From an uncultured Nitrospiraceae bacterium (GTDB lineage Bacteria > Nitrospirota > Thermodesulfovibrionia > Thermodesulfovibrionales > Dissulfurispiraceae): 64,000 nucleotides of DNA. Below, one piece after another: positions 31,221 to 40,400 of the stretch. The first letter of the stretch is position 1, and each line of letters starts with the position of its first letter. Made by a program: the position numbers and the translations under genes. The stretch is taken from contig CAVSHF010000003.1 in assembly GCA_963727805.1 (NCBI GenBank), positions 2,240,001 to 2,304,000 of the forward strand. Direction: 5' to 3'. The notes beneath the pieces are model-generated. The model ran no database searches. It saw only the letters and a list, made by a program, of their open reading frames with translations, and had not been told where the DNA came from.

Positions 31221-33197
31221 ATGTCGAAAGACAGTATCAAGGTAATGTCAACCGAAAACAGAACTTTTCCACCATCACCTGAATTCAGCAAAAAAGCCCA
31301 TATCAAAAGCATTGATGAGTACGAGAGAATCTACAAGAGGTCGGTGGAAGACCCTGAAGGCTTCTGGGGTGAAATGGCGGAGAAGCAGCTCACATGGTAC
31401 AAAAAATGGGACAAAGTGCTCGATTGGACCTTTGAGGGTAAGCCTGAGATAAAGTGGTTCGCCGGAGGCAAATTGAACGTGTCGTACAATTGCCTAGACC
31501 GTTTTGTCAACACCCCAACCCGGAACAAGGCCGCGTTGATATGGGAGTCTGATGGCGGAAACTACAAGACCTTTACATATCAGCAACTCTATGCTGAGGT
31601 CAACAGGTTCGCCAATGTCATGAAGAAAAACGGCTTGAAAAAGGGTGACCGGGTCACAATTTATCTTCCCATGATCCCAGAGCTGGCCATATCGATGCTC
31701 GCCTGCTCAAGGCTCGGTCTAATTCACAGCATAGTATTCGGCGGGTTCAGCGCCCAAGCATTGAAAGACAGGATACAGGACGCGGGGTCCAAGATGGTCA
31801 TAACCTGCGACAAAAGCGTCAGGGGAGGCAAGTTCATACCGCTTAAGGCCAATGCAGACACCGCTGTCAAGGATTGCCCATCTGTCGAAAAGATGATTGT
31901 AGTAAAGAGAGCCGACGGTGCCGTTGACATGCATGCCGGCAGGGACATCTGGTGGCATGACGAAATGAAGGCCGACGACGTAAGGGGCTATTGCAAGCCC
32001 GAAGAGATGGACGCAGAAGACCCCCTCTTTATCCTGTATACCTCAGGGTCGACCGGAAAACCTAAGGGCGTTCTCCATACGACCGGCGGCTATTTGCTTT
32101 ATACAAATCTAACATTCAAATGGATTTTTGATTATCATGACGAAGATATCCATTTCTGCACGGCTGATATAGGCTGGGTTACCGGACACAGTTATATTGT
32201 TTACGGTCCGCTCAGCAACGGCGCCACGAGTCTTATGTTTGAGGGAATCCCCTCTTATCCAGATTATGGCAGGTTCTGGGACATTTGCGAGAAACACAGT
32301 GTAAATATCTTCTACACCGCACCTACTGCTATACGGTCGCTTATGAAGGAAGGCGAAAGCTGGGTTGCAAAATATGACCTGTCGTCTCTGAAGGTTCTGG
32401 GCAGCGTGGGAGAGCCCATCAATCCCGAGGCATGGATGTGGTATTACAAGAATGTGGGCAAGAGCAAGCTTCCTATCGTGGATACATGGTGGCAAACCGA
32501 GACCGGCGGCATCCTTATAACACCACTTCCAGGTGCAATGACGCTGAAGCCTGGCTCCGCTACTAGACCGTTTCCTGGAGTCGTTCCCGCGATTCTTAAC
32601 GAAAAGGGCGCTCCCGCCGGCCCCAATGAAGGCGGCAGCCTCGTTATTCTGAAGCCGTGGCCAGGTATGCTCAGGGGTACTTATGGCGATCCTGAAAACC
32701 AGAGAGTCAAAGAGGTTTATTACTCAATGTACCCCGGCAAGTATTTCACTGGCGACGGTGCGCGCGTTGATAGTGACGGCGATTACTGGCTCATGGGAAG
32801 GATCGACGACGTTATCAATATCTCGGGTCACAGGCTCGGTACGGCCGAGGTCGAGTCAGCCCTAGTAGCTCACGAGGCGGTTGCAGAGGCCGCAGTCGTT
32901 GGTTACCCTCACGACATCAAGGGCGAAGGCATATATGTATATGTTACGCTCAAGCAAGGGTTCCAACCGTCCGACGAGCTCAAGAAGAAACTTGTTGCGC
33001 ATATCCGCACGGTTATAGGTCCGATAGCATCCCCCGACAAGATGCAGTTCTCCCCGGGCCTGCCCAAGACCAGGAGTGGCAAGATCATGAGAAGGATATT
33101 GAGGAAGATCGCAAGTGGCGAGATAGACGCTCTTGGCGATACCTCGACACTTGCCGATCCTACGGTCGTGACCGATTTAGTGGACAATAGACAGTAA
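31221..33197 (+). CDS. acs: AMP-forming acetyl-CoA synthetase, copy 1
   Basis: [43 protein letters not shown]. Confidence 0.97.
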   Translation: MSKDSIKVMSTENRTFPPSPEFSKKAHIKSIDEYERIYKRSVEDPEGFWGEMAEKQLTWYKKWDKVLDWTFEGKPEIKWFAGGKLNVSYNCLDRFVNTPTRNKAALIWESDGGNYKTFTYQQLYAEVNRFANVMKKNGLKKGDRVTIYLPMIPELAISMLACSRLGLIHSIVFGGFSAQALKDRIQDAGSKMVITCDKSVRGGKFIPLKANADTAVKDCPSVEKMIVVKRADGAVDMHAGRDIWWHDEMKADDVRGYCKPEEMDAEDPLFILYTSGSTGKPKGVLHTTGGYLLYTNLTFKWIFDYHDEDIHFCTADIGWVTGHSYIVYGPLSNGATSLMFEGIPSYPDYGRFWDICEKHSVNIFYTAPTAIRSLMKEGESWVAKYDLSSLKVLGSVGEPINPEAWMWYYKNVGKSKLPIVDTWWQTETGGILITPLPGAMTLKPGSATRPFPGVVPAILNEKGAPAGPNEGGSLVILKPWPGMLRGTYGDPENQRVKEVYYSMYPGKYFTGDGARVDSDGDYWLMGRIDDVINISGHRLGTAEVESALVAHEAVAEAAVVGYPHDIKGEGIYVYVTLKQGFQPSDELKKKLVAHIRTVIGPIASPDKMQFSPGLPKTRSGKIMRRILRKIASGEIDALGDTSTLADPTVVTDLVDNRQ

Positions 33198-33217
33198 AAG
33201 ACAGTTTTTCATAATGA

Positions 33218-33253
33218 AAAAGAAGAGGCGGGGACAACCCCGCCTCTTCTTTT
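33218..33253. terminator. Bidirectional intrinsic terminator
   Basis: aaaagaagaggcgggg-acaa-ccccgcctcttctttt. Confidence 0.9.
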
Positions 33254-33524
33254 GTGCATCTTAACCTTTATCAGCGCAAGTTGCTAGTATACAGACAGTA
33301 AGGCAAAGTGCACGCGAATAGGTCTTTTCCCGATTGAAACCTTCAGTCTTGAACAATCTTGCTTCATTTTAGGGTTCTGTGAGGAGGTGACAGCAGACCA
33401 TGTTGTGACGATAAAGAATGGAAGTAGTTACGGAATCTGCCCCCTTCATCAAGCTGATGCAGATAAAGACATAAGATTGAGATTGTCATTTTTCTGTCAG
33501 CATACGAGGTACGCTCGGAAAATG

Positions 33525-34162
33525 GTCGAGTAGGCCGGTGGAATCGCACCACCAGCCCCTCACAGATTCCGTACGTGAACCTCTCGATTCATACGGCTCG
33601 TGTCAATCATCAAGTTGAGTCTTTGCAGTCTCAACCATACACATTGAGCGATAGTTCCTCCTGGTCACCCAGTTGACTGGTACTCTTTGTGGATTGACCC
33701 ATCCCCTTCCCTCCACGGCTTATTATCACTGCTTCATCGGTACTATTGGACGGTCCGACCCCTTCACCTGCATCGATACTTTCCCCCTTCGTTTGCACTT
33801 ATAGGGTTTTCTCTTAGCATCAGATGAAGAGTTCCCGCGTTCCACACAGGAGCCTAGATCAGCTTCATGCCGCCTCTATGCCGGACGCCGTTCAGGCAGT
33901 AAACAGGTATCTCCTGAACTAATCCTGATGCAAAGTAAGAACATCAGTTTTGACGTCGTCCTTTTCCTTTCGACACCTCATCAGCGGTTCGCTTACGCTC
34001 ATCTCTCTGATCCATCCCTGACACGATCTAGTCGTGCCTTTTCCTTTAACGCTCACCACCGGAGCCTTTCGACTACAGCAGCTTAAGGTGGGTTGAAGCC
34101 TGCTCCTGCAAGCCGGCTTCGAGGGGCCAACCCTCATCTTCCTGTGCAGCCTCGTGGCGCAC
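33525..34162 (-). ncRNA. ORF-less group II intron, copy 2 (638 nt)
   Basis: Identical to 7406-8043 except one substitution seen (C7611/T33730); different flanks. Confidence 0.92.
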
Positions 34163-34481
34163 CCACCTCGGGAAAATATTGGGATTCTTTGCTTCTAAAT
34201 GAAAACCACCAAAATGGCCATGAATAGCATGAATAGTATGGGGCAAAAGTTGCAGGTTTTTGGGAAAAGGGCTTTTGTACAAAAGTTCCTGGTGTAACAA
34301 GCGGCCGGAGAGAGTCGCCCGCGTAGCATATCAGAGCTGGGGGAGATCGATAGAAATCAGCAAGACTCAATCAAAACAGGTCTTTCAGCATAAAGGCTCT
34401 GCTAACTAACTTCTATATAGGGGTATTATATCGCCTATACAAAATTATCCCTATATAGAAGTTAAATAATACTAATACGTT

Positions 34482-37400
34482 TTACCTCATTGCAATTCTC
34501 ACATCTACCGTGTGTTCCTGACGGTCATCAACAAGAGGGATAGCCTTCTCGTCTTGCTCAACGCCATCGACAGTCACTCTCGTCTCGGCGTTTCCGTCAT
34601 GTGTTTGCAGGACGGTAATATGATAAATAGATTCCCTGAATCGATAGTGTACTTTGAACGACTCCCATGCCTCAGGCAAGCACGATGTGAAACGGAGTTT
34701 GTCTACTTCAAGCCTCAGCCCCAAGATTGACTCTATGATAAGCTGGTACATCCATCCGGCCGATCCCGTGTACCACGTCCATCCACCACGGCCAATGTGC
34801 GGAGAGACCGCATAAACGTCGGCTGCAACAACATACGGTTCTACTTTGTAAGTCATCACTTCTTCCTTAGATCTCGCATGGTTAACCGGGTTGATCATTG
34901 CCAGCAGTTCCCAGGCGCGCCGGCTATCGCCCAAAGCAGCAAACGCCATCGCTGCCCAGATAGCACCATGAGTATACTGCCCTCCATTCTCACGAACCCC
35001 AGGGACATAGCCTTTTATATAGCCCGGATTCAAATCCGACTTGTCGAACGGCGGGTCCAGGAGTTGGATGAGCGCATGTTCCCGTCGAACGAGGCGCTTA
35101 TCCACCGCTTCCATTGCCATGGCTGAGCGTTTGGCATTCCCGGCACCAGAGAGAACAGACCAGCTTTGAGCAATTGAGTCAATCTGGCATTCGGCATTAG
35201 TCGCCGAACCGAGCGGCGATCCGTCGTCGAAGTAAGCCCGACGGTACCATTCGCCATCCCAACCATTGTCCTCGATATTCTGGCGCAGCTGGGCAGCTTG
35301 CTGCATGCAGCGCTCGACGAAGGACACGTCGCCATGCAGGCGTGCAATCTCAGAGAACTGCATGAGCACAGCATAAAAGAAGAACCCCAACCAAACGCTT
35401 TCGCCTTTGCCATCTTTGCCTACAATGTTCATGCCGTCGTTCCAATCACCCGAGCCTATGAGCGGCAAGCCGTGCGCTCCAAGGTTAATTCCCTTCATGA
35501 TAGCGTGCACACAGTGATCGTACAAACTGGCCATTTCTTCAGAAGCATGGGGAAGATCGTAATACGAGTCCTCGTCCTTGTTTAAGGGGCGGCCCTCTAT
35601 GAAACGCACACGTTCATCTAACACCCACGTATCTCCGGTCATCAGAACATAGCGGCACACGGCCAGCGGCAACCAGAGAAAATCGTCTGAACAGTGTGTA
35701 CGCACGCCTCGCCCCGACGGAGGATGCCACCAATGCTGGACGTCTCCCTCACTGTACTGATGGGCCGCGCAGAGGAGGATATGATCACGAACAAGTCGCG
35801 GCTCAGAGTGGATAAGCGCCATCACGTCCTGCAACTGGTCGCGGAAACCGAAAGCGCCCCCGGACTGGTAGTATCCGCTCCGCGCCCAAAGGCGACATGC
35901 TAGAGTTTGGTATAAGAGCCAGCCGTTGGCCAGCACATTCACGGACTGGTCCGGTGTTTCCACCTGCACTGCGCCGAGAGTGTGCGTCCAATGCTGCCAC
36001 ACCACATCGAGGGCGGCCCGCGCAGCGGCTGATCCTCGAAAGCGCTTGACCAGGGTTCTGGCATCGTCGTTATCTCGCCCTGCACCGAGTCTGAATATGA
36101 TCTCACGCTCTTGCCCGGCAGCAAGCTCGAAGGGGACCTGGATAGCAGCGCAGGGATCCAGGGCAGCCCCCACCTTGCCGGAAAGACGAGTGCGGGTCAT
36201 AGCGGATGGACTCCGAAGAGTGCCATTGCGTCCCAGGAATTCAGTCCGATCTCCACTTACAGTGCGAGTCGTATCGTCCACGTCGAAGAACACAGTTCGG
36301 TCGCGGAACTCAGTGTTGTATGGGTTGCGTGCGAAGATCGCGCCGCTATTCGGGTCAATTTCAGTGATCACGTGCATAGTCGATTTCTGCCGCAAGTCGC
36401 CAAGAACCCATTCTACATATCCGGTAGCGGAGAGCCTTCGGGATCGGCCCGACTCGTTGCGGACTTTGAGCACAGTAAACTTGATCGATGCGTCCAGCGC
36501 CACGTAAACCCACAGCTCGGAGCAGATGCCACGCTCGGTGTGTTCGAAGACACTGTATCCGAAGCCGTGCCGGGTGACGTAAAGCGTACCCCCGCGGCAG
36601 GGCAGTGGCGTGGGCGACCAGAAATGTCCGCGCTCTTCATCCCTGATGTAAAAAGCTTCTCCACTCGAATCACTCACCGGATCGTTGTACCAAGGAGTGA
36701 GACGGAACTCGTGGGCATTCTCGCTCCAGGTGTATGAAAGGCCGCTCTCTGAGAGGATTGTTCCGAAGTGCGGGTTGGCCAGCACGTTCACCCAAGGCGC
36801 CGGCGTCAGCTGTTCGTGCGTGGTGGTGATAACATACTCACGTCCATCCGGCGCGAATCCACCCAGCCCGTTGTAGAAAGCCAGATCGTGGCGCGGCAGC
36901 GGGGCGACCGCCAAGGGTTCGGAGCGGTAGGTGCGAGTCGGGGTAAGGTGCGGCAGTTGTATTTCCGTCACGCCTCCACGGGTGATCTGATCCGCCAGCG
37001 ACCCCCGGCTGTCGGCGATGATGGCACGAGCAACCGCTTGGAACAGGATACGGTCCTCCTGTGCTATCTGGTCCGCAGGCCTCACGAAAATGCCGCCGGG
37101 TCGATCGGTCACATTGGCTTCGATACCTGCGGCAATGAGTCCTATGATCTGGTCGTGGAGGAGTTGCCGGTAACCGGCATGATCTTCGTTCCAGATCACC
37201 AGGTCCACCGCCAGTCCTTTTAGACGCCAGTACGCGTGGGCCTGCACGAGTTGGCGCACCATGTCGATATTGGCCGGATCTTCAATCTGCAGCAGAACAA
37301 TCGGTAAATCGCCTGAGATAGCGTATCCCCAGAGACCGGATTGTCCCCGGCGGTTCTTTGTGAGGACGCTTGGGTCGGCTCGCAGCGAAGAGTTGGGGTA

Positions 37401-40400
37401 GATCACAGAGCCTGCAATACGACAATAGAGCTGCGCGTCGGCCTCTGTGGCGTTGATCTGCCGTAAGAGGACCTGGCTATGTGTCCATGCCAGATCAAAG
37501 ACGCGATCCGCGAGACGCCGATCCTGATATTTTTCTACCAGGCTTAAGGCTGCATCGCGGGTTTCACCGATGCCGGAGACAATATTTATCGTTGCCGATT
37601 CTTCTGGATCCAGAGTTATACGATACCGGATGGCGACAATGGGGTCCAGCACCGAGCCCTGGCTGCCCGAAAGTGCCCCTGAGGGATCTGATGACTCGCT
37701 CATCGCTTGTGGATTGGCGGTAGTGTTTCCGCGGCCGATGAACTGCATCCGATCAGTCTCGTAAGAAATCTCCCCAACTTTCACCCCATGCACGGCCATC
37801 AGGTGAAACATCCATTGCGACTGTTCGTCGATGGAGCGAGGCCGGCGAGTGCAGAGGATCGTCCTCTGTCGGCGGATGATCTCGGTCTGAACAAAGAGAT
37901 TGCTGAACGCCGGATGAAGTGCATCTGCGGCAGGCGGCGCCAGGACCACTTCCGCATAACTCGTCACGTCGATCTCTCTGCGCCTGCGAGCGCGGTTGGT
38001 GATAGTTATTCGGCGCAGTTCGATATCATCTTCGGATGAAACAGCAACCTCGGTGTAAGCGTCAAAGTCGTCGTGCCGACAGCGAAACTCGGCTCTCCCT
38101 TCAGAAAAAACCGCCTCAAAGTTTTTCGATTGTTTAAGCACCGGCTGATATGTTGTTGACCAGAACCTGCCACTGGTCACGTCCCGAATGTAGCAGAACG
38201 CGCCCCAGCTGTCGCAGGTGGTGTCTTCGTGCCAACGTGTAACGGCGATGTCCTTCCAGCGGCTGTACCCGCCGCCGGCGTTCGTGATCATCACATGGTA
38301 TCTGCCGTTCGAGAGCAACTGCACTTCAGGAACTGGCGTGTCCGGGCTGCTAAAAACGCGCACCGGCGTCTCTGTGCCACTAGTAGCCGCGTGCAACTCG
38401 GAAAGCTCGGTAGTGTGCGCATAGAACGCGGTAGCCTTGGGAACCCGCTCCTGGAGCAGCAACATAGTCGCCTGAAACGAGGGTTCCGCTTCGAATCGTT
38501 TCTGCATCGGACGGCCCAGGAGCAGATAGGCTAAAGAAAGAAAGCTCATGCCCTGGTGATGTGTCATGAAGGAGCGAACCACGACGCTCGATTGTCCACG
38601 CGGCAAGCGTGAAGGAGTGTAGTCGATCGCTTCATAGAAGCCGAATTTTCCTTCAACCCCTTCAGCGGACAACCGCTCGAGATTCAAACATGCCTTCTCG
38701 GGCGCCACCATAAGCGCAAGAGCCGAGGCATAGGGCGCAATCACCAGATCCTCAGCGAGCCCTCGTTTGAGCCCCAGGCCGGGCACTCCAAAGGCGCGGT
38801 ATTGGTAGTTGAGATGCACATCGATGGCATTGTAGCCGCATTCTGAAATACCCCAAGGCGCCCCGGATTTTCTCCCATACTCGATCTGGCTGGCCACAGC
38901 CGCCTTATAGGTCTGGTCGAGCAGCGTATGTTCGTAAGTCGGCATCACCAACAGCGGCATCAGGTATTCGAACATCGACCCGCTCCAAGAAAGGAGAATG
39001 GGCTCTCCACCAGTGGTGGTGAGCAGACGTCCCAGAGCGAACCAGCTATCCTGGGGCAACTCTCCCTGAGCAATCGCCACGAAACTGGAAAATCTTGCTT
39101 CTGAAGCCAGTAGATCGTAGTAGCTTGAGTCCTGCCGATGCTCCCCAACATTGTATCCGATGGTCAGTAGACGATGAGCCTTATCGAACAGGAAATCATA
39201 TTCCATACGGGCCAGCTCGTTTGATTGCAGTGCAAGTTCTTCAATAGCCGCAATCCTAGCACCGGCCCGGTAGCTTGCCTTCATGATGAGAGGTCGAAGC
39301 TCATCAAGCCACGCCCGCTCCTCTGGCGTTATCTTCATGGCAAGCCGGTGATCGATTTCCGGCAGGAGCTCCACCTCAAGGGTGGACAATTGGCTCAGCG
39401 TTGGGATTCCGTCAATACCGTGAAAGTCCTGAGGTCTATTCTGAGAAAACAAGAGCGGTGTCCAAGGAGCGAGAAACATTAACTCATCGATGGCATCATG
39501 GCACTGCCGGACTAATGAGTGCGCCCACCACCTCAGTTGGCTCTCAGGGCCGTCGTCAAAAGCATCGGCGCTGGCGGCCACTTCCGTGGCGAATGCCGTC
39601 AACCGGTCCAGACACAGCCGTGCTGCAGCGAGTGTGGCTGGGTGGGAACTGACCGCAAGCTCTAGCTCCTTCTGAAGTTGAGCAAGCTGGGCCGGAGAAA
39701 AACCTTCCGCAACGTCCTCTAGGATCCTCCATGTGTCGCTGAGCCCTGAGAATAAGCGCGCTCCCAGGATATTATCATCGGCAAGTCCGAGTAGACCCGG
39801 CCGCAATGTCAGCAGATGACCTGCAAGATTCCCACTGTCAACCGACGAAATGTACAGGGGCAACAGTGGCTTCAGAGATTGCGTGTCGTACCAGTTATAG
39901 AAGTGGCCCCGGTATCGCTCCAGGGCTTCCATTGTTCGGAGGGCGTTCGCTGTGCGTTCGATCAATTGTCCAGCTGAAATGTAGCCGAAATCGTAGGCGG
40001 ATAAATTCGCCAACAGTGCAAATCCCATGTTGGTGGGCGACGTGCGATGCGCGATCACGGCAACAGGATGCTCCTGATAGTTATCAGGCGGCAGCCAATG
40101 ATCTTCCAGGCCAATGAAAGTCTCGAAGAATGCCCAGGTTTTCCGGGACAGCTTCCGCAGAAAGAGGGTCTGTTCCTCTGTCAGCCTTTCTCGGCGGCGA
40201 GCGAGCGGCCGACTGATCCACCAGACGATAATGGGGGATGCAAACCAAAGACACAGAATGGGTCCAGCTACAACTAACGCGGTCGGCCTCAAAAGCGCAA
40301 GAGTAAGCGCCACGGCAGCGGCAATGACTGGGGCGATCCACATAGTTCGGCACGAGCCGGCAAGGTCCGTGCGGCTGTTGCGATCCGGGTCGCTTGACGG

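Noticed and set aside
34404..34467. attC-like site (..TAAC...GTTAAAT); similar short IR at 19525-19557
   Set aside because: Stems are fully paired without the unpaired spacer or extrahelical bases; no integron integrase or cassette array
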